IMG/VR virus record: IMGVR_UViG_3300028840_003294
Location: 1 to 52,289 of that record
Origin: a virus
Taxonomy: Duplodnaviria; Caudoviricetes
Length of the DNA stretch: 52,289 nucleotides
Strand: one strand, 5' to 3'
A program made the position numbers and the translations under genes. Positions 34,232 to 43,174 of the stretch are shown piece after piece. Under the pieces are notes generated by a model. The model saw nothing but the letters and a program-made list of their open reading frames with translations. It did no database searches and was not told the origin of the DNA. Each line of letters starts with the position of its first letter. The first letter of the stretch is position 1.

Positions 34232-34437
34232 TCCCCTCCATCATCCTTCACGTTGTAGTGACTGTAAAGCCCGAGAACAAGAGCCGCGGCCGTGCCCCAC
34301 GGGCTCATAACGATGGCGACGTCGCCGGCAGTCTCACAAAGCACGAGGCCCCAAGCCATCGCAACCGTAGCAATAGCGAGCGTAGCCACAGCAAGGCGGA
34401 ACTTACGCGAGCGGTAACGATCGTCGCCATTGCCCAT
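34228..34437 (-). CDS. Putative holin (two TM)
   Basis: SRKF followed by two hydrophobic helices; near the amidase. Confidence 0.6.
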   Translation of the reverse strand: MGNGDDRYRSRKFRLAVATLAIATVAMAWGLVLCETAGDVAIVMSPWGTAAALVLGLYSHYNVKDDGGE

Positions 34438-34913
34438 TAGGCATTCTCGGGAATCGACATCTTGAAAATTCTCCGCGTGCCAGAACCAAAGCTCAAGACG
34501 ATAGCCGCGTCTTGCAGGCTCAGCGGGGTCGTTCCGGCATCCAGAGTGAGCTCGATGAAAGCAACGCAAGGATACGGATTGTCGTCAACGTAGAGGATCG
34601 CTTGATAGCAGTCCGTTGGCCCCGAAGCCGCATCTTTGTCGAACGTCACGGCGTCCGCGACTGCGTAGTAGTAATCATCGTTGTCGTCGATGTCTTGGTT
34701 GGCGATCGCCTGCGCCGCGTAGGTGCCCCCCGAGCACTCGGTATAGTCCCCGAGCTCCGGGTCAACATCGTCCTTGGTTGCACGCACGGCATTCGTGATA
34801 AGCGCAACCTTGTAGTCCTCGCCGCCGCTTTCAAAGCCGTGGTCAACAACGGCGTCACTCAAAAGCTGCTTCTGAAAGTCATCGAAAAGCGTCATCGTTC
34901 CTTGAGCTGCCAT
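34437..34913 (-). CDS. Putative virion structural protein
   Basis: YKVALIT...TECSGGTY...ADAVTF...ILY...VAFIEL pattern. Confidence 0.6.
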   Translation of the reverse strand: MAAQGTMTLFDDFQKQLLSDAVVDHGFESGGEDYKVALITNAVRATKDDVDPELGDYTECSGGTYAAQAIANQDIDDNDDYYYAVADAVTFDKDAASGPTDCYQAILYVDDNPYPCVAFIELTLDAGTTPLSLQDAAIVLSFGSGTRRIFKMSIPENA

Positions 34914-34914
34914 T

Positions 34915-35460
34915 TTACCTCCGAAGCCCGGAGACTATCGCCCCGGCCATTCTCATTTTCCATCCAACATCGTTGAGCCAACGTTCTTCGATGACGTTCG
35001 AAATGAACGCCGTCTCGATCAAAACCGCCGGCATGATCGTGCCGACGAGAACCGCGAATCCGGATTCTTTGTCGTGGTCCCCGTCGCTCATGTCCACCCG
35101 TGGCGTGAGCTTCGGGAAAGCAGCCGTCACGGTCTCGTACAGGCGCTCTGCGACCGCGTCGGCATCGGTTGTGCCCCGAGATGTCCAGAACTCGACTCCG
35201 TGCGCCGCGGGGTCAGAGAAAGCGTTACAGTGAATCGAGATGAACAGGTCTGCGCCTTCGTTGTTCGCCATCTCACATCGCTTTTCGAGGGACACAAAAT
35301 TGTCCCCGTCGCGGGTTGTATAGATCGTCTCGCCCTGGTCGATCAACCCGCGTCGGACGTACTTCGTGATTTGGAGCGCGGCGTTTGATTCTTTGAGGCC
35401 GCTTGGCCCTACCGCCCCGGAGTCTTCGCCACCGTGGCCGGGATCAAGGTAGATTCTCAT
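34915..35460 (-). CDS. N-acetylmuramoyl-L-alanine amidase (Amidase_3) endolysin
   Basis: IYLDPGHGG, E, FISIHCN, AVLIETAFISN. Confidence 0.92.
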   Translation of the reverse strand: MRIYLDPGHGGEDSGAVGPSGLKESNAALQITKYVRRGLIDQGETIYTTRDGDNFVSLEKRCEMANNEGADLFISIHCNAFSDPAAHGVEFWTSRGTTDADAVAERLYETVTAAFPKLTPRVDMSDGDHDKESGFAVLVGTIMPAVLIETAFISNVIEERWLNDVGWKMRMAGAIVSGLRR

Positions 35461-35632
35461 ACCGTCTCCGATCGTGCCGGCGAAACTCGATCGCTTCGAT
35501 GATTCCAGCGGCCATTCGCTCTCGCCAAGTACGATGATTTGCCTTCCCCTCGTGAGGCTTTGGCTTCTCCTCCATGATGGCGAGGTGACATCGGGCAATG
35601 ATCTCTCCAATGGTGGGCGCCCGCTCTATCAT
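35444..35632 (-). CDS. Hypothetical protein
   Basis: ATGA coupling with the upstream gene; MIERAPTIGE... Confidence 0.5.
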   Translation of the reverse strand: MIERAPTIGEIIARCHLAIMEEKPKPHEGKANHRTWRERMAAGIIEAIEFRRHDRRRYENLP

Positions 35633-37407
35633 GGCTCGAAATTCCTCGTGCCCGCGTACCCGAGTGGCAGGGCGTTGTCGTCGTTGCTGCACCACAATTG
35701 GGCGCAGCCAACCGCGTCCCCGCCGTTATAAAACTGTTTTTGAATCGAAACGGTGAGCTTGTTTAGCTCAGTGTCCGCGTCGAACGTCGGTGACGAAAGG
35801 GTTCCAGAGGCGGTGTTGTTTTCAGTGTACCCGGCCTCGCACCCGACTCCGCGAATGATGTAGGCGTTTGTGCTGAAATTGTATTCAAACCCGAACGCTG
35901 CCCATTGGCCGTATCCAAAAGGTTGCGACGACCAAAAGCCGATTTCCTCGACCTTTTGCGTCCAAGAGCCGCCAGTCGCGGTGTAGATTAGCGCCTTTTT
36001 ATTGGCGATGGTGCTTTCGAGGTAAATGCCATCCTGACCATCGGCGCTCTGAAGATAAAGCCGGACCCTGGACGCCGTGCCTTCCATCGAAACTAGGCAT
36101 TCGCACCTGACGGTCTCGCCGTCACTCGGGGTAAACCCGTTTCCGGTTGGAAAATACATAGCCCACCCGCCAGATTCCCAGGCGGTAGGCGAGGAATACC
36201 ACACGCGAGAATACGATCTACCGTTTCCGATTGCATCGAGATCGGCATGGTCATCGACCTTGACGGCCCGCGTTCCGCTAGTCGGGGAATATGCGCTTGT
36301 GTAGGAGGAAAGGTCGGTTGTGTCAAGCGCGATGCCTTCCATGTTGACGACTTGCGGCCAAGAGAAAGCAGACCCAACCATGTTGTCAACCGCGACGTCT
36401 GCGCCGCTGACAGAAGGTGATCTCGACGTTGGCGTAAACGTGTAGGTGTCTTTGGTAGGCGTGACGGTATAGCTTCCATCGGAAAGGCCCGGGAAGTTGT
36501 AATCGCCGTTCGAGTCCGTCGTGTCGGTGTCTGAAGCGTCACCGCTCAGAGTCACAAGAACGCCCTCGATCCCGGCGGTGTCACCGTCCACAATCGAGCC
36601 GGAAATTTCCCAAACTTGAGCCATCGTGTCGGCCGCAGCATCGGACCCCGAGATCGCAACCGCGTCACTCGTTGGGCTGAAGGTGCTTCCGGACTTCGTT
36701 GGAGTCACCGTGTACGAGCCATCAGAGAGCCCCGAGAACGAATAGGTGCCGTCGCCGGCGGTTGTGGTGCTGTCCGACGCATCGCCGGTGAGAGTCACCG
36801 TAACGCCGCTCAGGCCGGCCCCTGCGCTATCGTTGATCGTCCCCGTGATCTCCCAAACCTGAGCCATTGTCGTAGCGACTTTGTCGGCCCCGTTGACCGT
36901 CACGTTGTCGCTTGCCGGCGAGAAGGTGCTGCCGGCCTTGGTGGGTGTCACCGTGTAGCTTCCGTTCGCCAGATTCCCGAACGAATAGGCCCCTGAGCCG
37001 TCCGTGGTGTCGGTTGCGGACGCATCCCCGGAGAGCGTCACAGTCACGCCTGAGAGGCCCGCGCCGGCGCTGTCATTGATCGTTCCGGTGATAGCCCAAA
37101 CAGACGCCATCGTGGTTGCAGTTTTGTCGGCCGTGGTGATGGTCACGGCGGCACTGGTCGGGTTGAAGGTCAGACCAGCCTTTGTGGGTGTCACGGTGTA
37201 GGAGCCGGCGGAAAGCCCCGTGAACTCGTAAGCGCCCCCGCCCGACGTTGTCGTCGAATCAGAGGCGTCCCCCGTAAGCGTGACGGTAACGCCGTCGAGG
37301 CCGTTCCCATCAGCGTCGTTGATCGTGCCGGTAATCGAGTAGGTCGGGGGGCCCGAGTCCTCCCCGCCCCACTTGGCCCAACTCGGCCAACCGCTCCAGC
37401 GGCCCAT
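35629..37407 (-). CDS. Protein with four tandem CarboxypepD_reg/SdrD-B-like Ig repeats and a C-terminal lectin-like domain
   Basis: ITGTIND..G.GL.GVTVTL.GDA...TT..G.Y.F..L..GSYTVTPTK x4. Confidence 0.8.
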   Translation of the reverse strand: MGRWSGWPSWAKWGGEDSGPPTYSITGTINDADGNGLDGVTVTLTGDASDSTTTSGGGAYEFTGLSAGSYTVTPTKAGLTFNPTSAAVTITTADKTATTMASVWAITGTINDSAGAGLSGVTVTLSGDASATDTTDGSGAYSFGNLANGSYTVTPTKAGSTFSPASDNVTVNGADKVATTMAQVWEITGTINDSAGAGLSGVTVTLTGDASDSTTTAGDGTYSFSGLSDGSYTVTPTKSGSTFSPTSDAVAISGSDAAADTMAQVWEISGSIVDGDTAGIEGVLVTLSGDASDTDTTDSNGDYNFPGLSDGSYTVTPTKDTYTFTPTSRSPSVSGADVAVDNMVGSAFSWPQVVNMEGIALDTTDLSSYTSAYSPTSGTRAVKVDDHADLDAIGNGRSYSRVWYSSPTAWESGGWAMYFPTGNGFTPSDGETVRCECLVSMEGTASRVRLYLQSADGQDGIYLESTIANKKALIYTATGGSWTQKVEEIGFWSSQPFGYGQWAAFGFEYNFSTNAYIIRGVGCEAGYTENNTASGTLSSPTFDADTELNKLTVSIQKQFYNGGDAVGCAQLWCSNDDNALPLGYAGTRNFEP

Positions 37408-37408
37408 T

Positions 37409-37807
37409 TTAGCCCCCGCCTAGAACATTGCGGACCACGCAGAAGTAAACAGCCGTGATACTTCCGGCCGACACGAGCCGGTAACGGTAGCTCTTGAACG
37501 GAAAATCTTGCGGCCCGCCGGCGGTTGGAGCGCAGAATCCCGCTGCGCTGTTATCCGCGGTCGTGAGAACCGTCAACGTCTCCATTGCGGTCGCTGGCGC
37601 AACCCCGCCGTATGCCCCGCCGTCAACGCCGCGGGCGTCGGCGGGGCTCAGGTCGAGGTAAAGGGTCGTGTTGACGGCGCCGGTGTATTTCAGAAACGAC
37701 TGGAAACCATTCAACGCCTCTGCGTTGTACCAGTCCGTCGTGATCGTTTCCGCTCCGACCGCTTCGTTCTTCTTGAACCAAAGCGTATTTCCTTGTAGCA
37801 GGCTCAT
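37409..37807 (-). CDS. Hypothetical virion protein
   Basis: GAGGAGG RBS; follows the capsid gene. Confidence 0.65.
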   Translation of the reverse strand: MSLLQGNTLWFKKNEAVGAETITTDWYNAEALNGFQSFLKYTGAVNTTLYLDLSPADARGVDGGAYGGVAPATAMETLTVLTTADNSAAGFCAPTAGGPQDFPFKSYRYRLVSAGSITAVYFCVVRNVLGGG

Positions 37808-37818
37808 GGCCCCTCCTC

Positions 37819-37862
37819 AAAAAGCGGCGGGGTCGGGGGAAGGAGGAGCCCGACCCCGCCGG
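37819..37862 (-). terminator. Terminator after major capsid gene
   Basis: ggcggggtcggg/cccgaccccgcc stem followed by gctttt on the - strand. Confidence 0.75.
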
Positions 37863-37874
37863 GTTGATAAGAGG

Positions 37875-38849
37875 TTAGCTTCCCGGCCGGCCTACGAAAT
37901 CGTCGTAGTCGGTCACACCAACCATGAGCCGCATGTGAGCGAAGTTCGAGCGAGTCCGGTTGCGACGTCCGTACTCCCAATGGGTCTCGAGGTTCTTCCG
38001 CATCCGGAATCGGAAATTCCGCATGGCCCTCTCGCCCATCATGAAATTCGCATCTTGGTCCGCGAGCTCCATGCACGGAACGCGCATGATGCCCTTGTCC
38101 TTCAGGTTGTTGACGTTCTTCGAGCTGACATAGTCCGTGGTGCCGCCGGTGGCGATCGTCCCATCGAACTCGTACTGTTGCGTGAAGATCCGCGACACGT
38201 CGCGCTCGTTGACGTCGTGGTAGATGAACGCCTTCGGGGTTGAAGGCTTGCGGAGCCCCTCGTGGGTGTACTGCGACAGCTTGTGCCAGTCGATCATGTC
38301 CCAAATCAGGGAGAACGACGGCGAGCCGGCCGACAGTTTGTTGTCAACTGTGGTGATGCTCGCGTCGAGGCTGTGATAGATGGGGTGATCGTCGGCACAG
38401 AGCGCCTTCGAGTCGTACATCGTCTGGATCGTGGTCGAGAATGCACGGTTGAAGGGCGCGGCCGCGTAGAGGCATTTCGCCTGCGAGAACGAAATGCCGA
38501 TTCCAGAAGCCGCGGTGTTGAGGAACTCTTTCTCGGTGATGTGCCGCATATCTTCCAGCAGCTTGTCATCGACTTCGAAGCCGAGTGCGAGCTCGACGTC
38601 TGTGAGGCTCCACTCACCGATCTCGTGCATCGACTCGGTTTGGATGTCCTCGCCGTAGTCGCGCTCGTATGGGAAGCCGAACGCGCTCCAGATGTACCCC
38701 CTGATCTCTTGATCGCCGGGGCCGTTCTTCGTCATGTCGCCGTAGACTTTTTCGTAGTTCCAAGTCTTCTTGGCGGCTTTTTCGTGGACGACTACCTCGT
38801 ACTCGACAAGGCCAGTCGTGCGAGACCACTGTGCAGGTGTCATTGGCAT
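37875..38849 (-). CDS. Major capsid protein (HK97 fold)
   Basis: LALGFEV...LLED, FNRAF...YDSKALCADDHP, C-terminal G.PGS; position after scaffold and cement genes. Confidence 0.8.
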   Translation of the reverse strand: MPMTPAQWSRTTGLVEYEVVVHEKAAKKTWNYEKVYGDMTKNGPGDQEIRGYIWSAFGFPYERDYGEDIQTESMHEIGEWSLTDVELALGFEVDDKLLEDMRHITEKEFLNTAASGIGISFSQAKCLYAAAPFNRAFSTTIQTMYDSKALCADDHPIYHSLDASITTVDNKLSAGSPSFSLIWDMIDWHKLSQYTHEGLRKPSTPKAFIYHDVNERDVSRIFTQQYEFDGTIATGGTTDYVSSKNVNNLKDKGIMRVPCMELADQDANFMMGERAMRNFRFRMRKNLETHWEYGRRNRTRSNFAHMRLMVGVTDYDDFVGRPGS

Positions 38850-38861
38850 GACAAACCTCCC

Positions 38862-39365
38862 TTACTGGCCGACGTGCTGCAAGAGCACGGAGTCAAGGAG
38901 CCGGAACAAGGCGCGATAGCGCGTGCTTCCGTCCAGTTTGTCGCGGAGCGAACCTTGCACCTCACCCTCGCAGATGAGGCAGGCTGTTCCGGACCCGTGG
39001 GTGCCGTCGAAGTTGGCGTACCAGCGGAGCGAATCCCCGCTGCCAACGCTGATGAGCTCGTAGAGTTTGCCGGGAATGAACGCCGAGGCGTCCTTCGCGG
39101 TTGACAGAATCGTCCCGTAGGTGTCGAGGGCGATCTTGTCGCTTGGATGGATGACCGTTACGGGGGCGTCCGATGAGGTTACGCCGGTGGCGTCCTTTTG
39201 GGCGAGCCCGAGGATTTTCGTGTCTGAGTCGTAAACGAAAAGACGAGTCTCTCCGCTCGTGGCATCGAGGGTGACAAAGTCACCGTCGTTCCAGGTCTGC
39301 GCTGCATCCTCGAGCCCATGATAGGTTTCCCGTGTCGGTTGCGAGACAAGCACGGGGATGGGCAT
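38862..39365 (-). CDS. Head decoration/cement protein
   Basis: GDFVTL...ILGLAQKD...VTVIHP; upstream of the capsid gene. Confidence 0.6.
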   Translation of the reverse strand: MPIPVLVSQPTRETYHGLEDAAQTWNDGDFVTLDATSGETRLFVYDSDTKILGLAQKDATGVTSSDAPVTVIHPSDKIALDTYGTILSTAKDASAFIPGKLYELISVGSGDSLRWYANFDGTHGSGTACLICEGEVQGSLRDKLDGSTRYRALFRLLDSVLLQHVGQ

Positions 39366-39374
39366 GGAAGTCTC

Positions 39375-40049
39375 CTAGTCTGTTACTGCGTCACCTGTTT
39401 CTTTTTGTCCGCCCGCGGGATACAACGGCAGCTTCTTGGTTTCTTCTTTGACTTCCAAACGGCCTACATTCCTGCCAGCAACCTCTACGGGCTGCTTGAG
39501 ACTCCGCGCTGCGCTTTCTTCAATCGCTTTCAATTGCCGTTCCTGAAGCTGCTTCGTTTTTACGCATATGATGTGCTTTTCAACTGTCCCTCTTCCATTC
39601 CAACATAGCGCCCCATTTTCCAGTGTCAAGCCCATTCGTTTTTGGAGGCTCGACGACCACTCCTCACCGATCATCCGGGGGGTGAGTGCTTGGTGTCCCT
39701 TCGATCCGTCAGAACGCGGGTCAGTTGGGAGGAAGAATGCAACCTCCCACTGGAACTTCCCGCCACGCGAATAGTTTTTGTTGAGATGCTCTTTGATGAC
39801 CGTGGCGATTCGCTGTGTCTCGGTTTTGTGGGCCCGGACTTCTGTTTGGAACTTTTCAAACTCCTCCGGGTCGAGCACGCCCTTTTCCGGCGTGGCAAAA
39901 TCGCCGGTGTCAATTTCCCCGGCCTTGAGCTTTTCCGTTACCGATGTGAGCTTTCGGTCTTCGGCGCTCGCAAGCGCATCCTTTTGAACCGTTGTGAGGC
40001 CGGCCGGCTTCCTCTTCTTCTTGGCTGGAGCCTTCTTTTGTTCTGCCAT
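39375..40049 (-). CDS. Hypothetical head-region protein
   Basis: AGGAG RBS; between scaffold and cement genes. Confidence 0.65.
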   Translation of the reverse strand: MAEQKKAPAKKKRKPAGLTTVQKDALASAEDRKLTSVTEKLKAGEIDTGDFATPEKGVLDPEEFEKFQTEVRAHKTETQRIATVIKEHLNKNYSRGGKFQWEVAFFLPTDPRSDGSKGHQALTPRMIGEEWSSSLQKRMGLTLENGALCWNGRGTVEKHIICVKTKQLQERQLKAIEESAARSLKQPVEVAGRNVGRLEVKEETKKLPLYPAGGQKETGDAVTD

Positions 40050-40060
40050 GATCCTGCTCC

Positions 40061-41029
40061 TTATACAACCGGCTCGGAAAGCTTTTTCCGGGCCTCTGCA
40101 ATTTGTTTTTCGGAGTAACCGCGACCGTCCTTTTTTGCCGCTGCCAGCGCCGCCGCGTCTTCTGCGCTCACGCGCCGTTTTTGAGGCGCCGCGGGCGGCT
40201 GTGGGCCGGCCGGCGTGGCCTGTGGGATGAGGCCCCGAGACGGCAGGCTTGCCTCGCCCTTGGCCGCGTGCAAAACGCGGTGGGCGAAAACCTCGTCACA
40301 GATGTTGTCAAGGCGCTCTGTCCTTCCGGTGCGGTCTGCCTCGTCCATCGCCCGTCGCACGGCAATCGAAACGAGATTTTTCACATGCTTTTGGACTTCC
40401 GGATTGTTTCTGAATTCGGCGTCCTGATTGAAAAACCCTTTCTCGCCCCACAGGTTCGCCACCACCTCTTCGGTTCTGTTGACGGAACGCTCAACTTTGT
40501 CGCGTGTGGCCTCGAACGTGCCACGCTCTAGGCCGGTAAGGTTTTGGGTGATTTCTTCCAGCTTTTGCGTCAAAGGCTGTGTGCTCCGCTGGATTGCCCA
40601 ATCCATGTACCTGTCGAGCTTGGCCTGCGCCTCTTCGGGATCGTTGAGCCAGTCGTTCCCGGTTGGTTTTGGCGGGGCTTGTGGAGCCGGCTCCTCTTGG
40701 CGGCGCGGCTCCTCTCTGCGATACGGCACGCCCCCGACCGTTTCCGGCGATGGGGGCTCTGGCCCCGCCCGGAAAATCCCTGAGATGTCGTCGGGAATTC
40801 CAATCGGCTCCGGCTCTGGCGTTGGTTTTGGTTCTGGTTCTGGTTCTGGTTCCGGCTCGGGTGCCGGGTCATCGGGCATGTCCCGCGTCAGCATTCCGCT
40901 GTCGTCGGACGTGATAGGCTCTGTTGACCCGGTCTCGCCGTCGCCCGCCGGCTCGGGCGGATCTTCGGCCCCGCCACCGGAAGGCTCTTTGTCGAACTGT
41001 TGCGCCTGCTCCAACCACTTCCATTTCAT
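40061..41029 (-). CDS. Putative capsid scaffolding protein
   Basis: Acidic PEPE-rich N-terminus, helical core; between portal and capsid. Confidence 0.7.
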   Translation of the reverse strand: MKWKWLEQAQQFDKEPSGGGAEDPPEPAGDGETGSTEPITSDDSGMLTRDMPDDPAPEPEPEPEPEPKPTPEPEPIGIPDDISGIFRAGPEPPSPETVGGVPYRREEPRRQEEPAPQAPPKPTGNDWLNDPEEAQAKLDRYMDWAIQRSTQPLTQKLEEITQNLTGLERGTFEATRDKVERSVNRTEEVVANLWGEKGFFNQDAEFRNNPEVQKHVKNLVSIAVRRAMDEADRTGRTERLDNICDEVFAHRVLHAAKGEASLPSRGLIPQATPAGPQPPAAPQKRRVSAEDAAALAAAKKDGRGYSEKQIAEARKKLSEPVV

Positions 41030-41403
41030 TTCTCGTTCTCCTCGTCCTTGGGTGCCTCAAGCGCCCATGTCAAATAATAGTCGATCGCGGAGCCCTGAAT
41101 TGCAAGGCCCTTCAAACGATCGCCGTCAATTTCTCCAGCAAGCATTTTTTCCTGAATGCGCGTTCGATCACGAAAAAACATCTGCACAACTTCGCCCCAT
41201 TCAGGCTGTCGCTTCAGGTGATCCAGCTGGTTCCTGTCCGGGGCCCGCGGGATTTGATTCGCCTGTCTCTCCTCCAAGGTCCACGACCTTCGCCTCGAGG
41301 TCGATTGCCCTCTGGTTGAGCTGTTGGATGATGGTTTCGTAGCGGCTGACGGCTTCCGCAATAGCTTGTCCAGCCACGACGGAGCCTTGAACGTCCAAGA
41401 CAT
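41026..41403 (-). CDS. Small protein overlapping the portal 3' end (start uncertain)
   Basis: LKRQPEWGEV...LAIQG C-terminus fills the gap before scaffold; ATGA coupling. Confidence 0.5.
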   Translation of the reverse strand: MSWTFKAPSWLDKLLRKPSAATKPSSNSSTRGQSTSRRRSWTLEERQANQIPRAPDRNQLDHLKRQPEWGEVVQMFFRDRTRIQEKMLAGEIDGDRLKGLAIQGSAIDYYLTWALEAPKDEENEK

Positions 41404-43174
41404 CGCGCACCTCCGGAAGCTCGAATTCTGTGAGCCATTCTTGCAGAAGAAGAACGAGAACATCAAGTGCATTGCCCGCAATTGGCGAAATCGGTGTTCC
41501 GCTTGAAGCGGCTTCGCCAAGAGAAAGAATTGACTCTGAAATCTGCGGCCATTTGTCAACCAGGGCCAAAGCCTCTTGCTTCTTGACCGCCTTCGACATG
41601 GTTTGAGAGTTGACCTTCGTTTCGAGGATCACTTGATCGCGCCAGTATCCAGGCGGGAATTCTACGAGCATCGCTTGAAGCATTTGAGATTCCTGCGGCG
41701 ATTGTGCGTCAACAAAAATTCGCAAGGACTCCGGATAGAACTGTCGATATTGGCTGTACTGAATTTCGATGATCCGAATAAGGAACCTTCGGAATCGTGT
41801 CATCAGCGCGTAAAGCGGCTGCATCGCTTTTTCCATGACCGAGGTTGTCCCGGTTGCAGTCGGCCTTTCCGCGAGCTCGTGCCCGGAAAACGCGAGCGGG
41901 ATATTCGAGGCATCGTGCATGTGACGCTCGATCCTTTCGAGCATCGTGAGCAGGAACGTCACCTCGCCGCTTGTGAGTTGTATTTCGTGGATCGCATCTC
42001 CGAGTTTGTCGATGACGAGCTTATCGACCTCAAGCAGCCCGGGGCCTATTCGCCCATCTTGGAGCATTTGCGAGAGGCCAAGGTCTTTCAGCGCGACCAT
42101 GAGCGGCTCAATCGACCGGACCCCCGCATCGAGCAGAATGTTCACGATGGCTACATAAGCGCGATGCAATTGATCGAGAACGAACACCATTGAAACGCCA
42201 TCGAGCGAGCCCGCGACCTGATGCCAGCAAAATGTTGCGTAGGACCGGGGGAATTCTTGATAGAAGGGATCGTGTGCCGCGAGCCACGTTTTCCGCTCGA
42301 GATCAACAATGATTACGCACTCGTTCCCCTCGTAGGTTGTATAGACCTCGAGTGGATGAAGCACGGTGCTTTCGGAACGGTCCTTTTGTTGATTGTCGAT
42401 CTTGTGGGCGATGTAGAGCTCGATCTTGTCCTCGTCTTCTTCGGGCCGCATTGCGGAATCGCCAACAGCAAGCGGGTTAAGGTCTGCTCGGTAATATCCC
42501 TCTTCGACCTTTTTGCGAATGTCCGCAACTCTCATGTCGAGCTTTTCGGCCCACCAAGGAGCCTCGTCGATGTCGGCACAGGGGATCGGATGATAAAGCC
42601 TTCTCGGATCGAGAACGTACGGCTTGTTCCCCTCGAACACCACTTCTTCCCGGCTGTTTTCGAACCGCTTGCCATCCGGCCCCACATCCCAAAACCTTAT
42701 TTTTCGCACCTTGCGAACATAGGGGATCTTTGCGGTGCATTTTGGGTAAATCTGTGCGTGACGGATTGCGTCGTCGATGAAGGCGTCATAGTCCGAGCGG
42801 TCTGCGATCCAGTCAAGAAGGATGTCGTGGGTTGCGGCAATTGACGGGAAGCCGGGGCGGGCCTTGGCGACGAACACCGTATCTTGCGCGGCTATGGGGT
42901 TCGAGAGGTTTGCGCTCGCCTGCTTGCATTTCTCGAAGGTGATTGTGAAGTCGAGCTGCGATTCCGTCCGAGATGTTGCGTCCGGTTCGCCCGTCGCCCA
43001 ATAGTTCGCTTCGCAGTCTTCCCAAATGGGCTCGATTTCTTCTTTGCGGAATTCAACGACTTTGTCGATCTCGTCACAGAGCTTTCGGACGAATTTGTCG
43101 AAGTCTTCATTTTCGCCAAGCCTCGTGGCAATTGGCTGGATTGGATAGACGGACTCGGGCCCCTCGTTCATCAT
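41201..43174 (-). CDS. Portal protein
   Basis: 657 aa directly after TerL; W...EANY, DPRRLY, RPTATGTT. Confidence 0.85.
   Translation of the reverse strand: MMNEGPESVYPIQPIATRLGENEDFDKFVRKLCDEIDKVVEFRKEEIEPIWEDCEANYWATGEPDATSRTESQLDFTITFEKCKQASANLSNPIAAQDTVFVAKARPGFPSIAATHDILLDWIADRSDYDAFIDDAIRHAQIYPKCTAKIPYVRKVRKIRFWDVGPDGKRFENSREEVVFEGNKPYVLDPRRLYHPIPCADIDEAPWWAEKLDMRVADIRKKVEEGYYRADLNPLAVGDSAMRPEEDEDKIELYIAHKIDNQQKDRSESTVLHPLEVYTTYEGNECVIIVDLERKTWLAAHDPFYQEFPRSYATFCWHQVAGSLDGVSMVFVLDQLHRAYVAIVNILLDAGVRSIEPLMVALKDLGLSQMLQDGRIGPGLLEVDKLVIDKLGDAIHEIQLTSGEVTFLLTMLERIERHMHDASNIPLAFSGHELAERPTATGTTSVMEKAMQPLYALMTRFRRFLIRIIEIQYSQYRQFYPESLRIFVDAQSPQESQMLQAMLVEFPPGYWRDQVILETKVNSQTMSKAVKKQEALALVDKWPQISESILSLGEAASSGTPISPIAGNALDVLVLLLQEWLTEFELPEVRDVLDVQGSVVAGQAIAEAVSRYETIIQQLNQRAIDLEAKVVDLGGETGESNPAGPGQEPAGSPEATA

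Noticed and set aside
40820-40865. GGTTCT tandem repeat as a contingency locus
   Set aside because: In-frame hexamer encoding the Pro-Glu linker of the scaffold protein.
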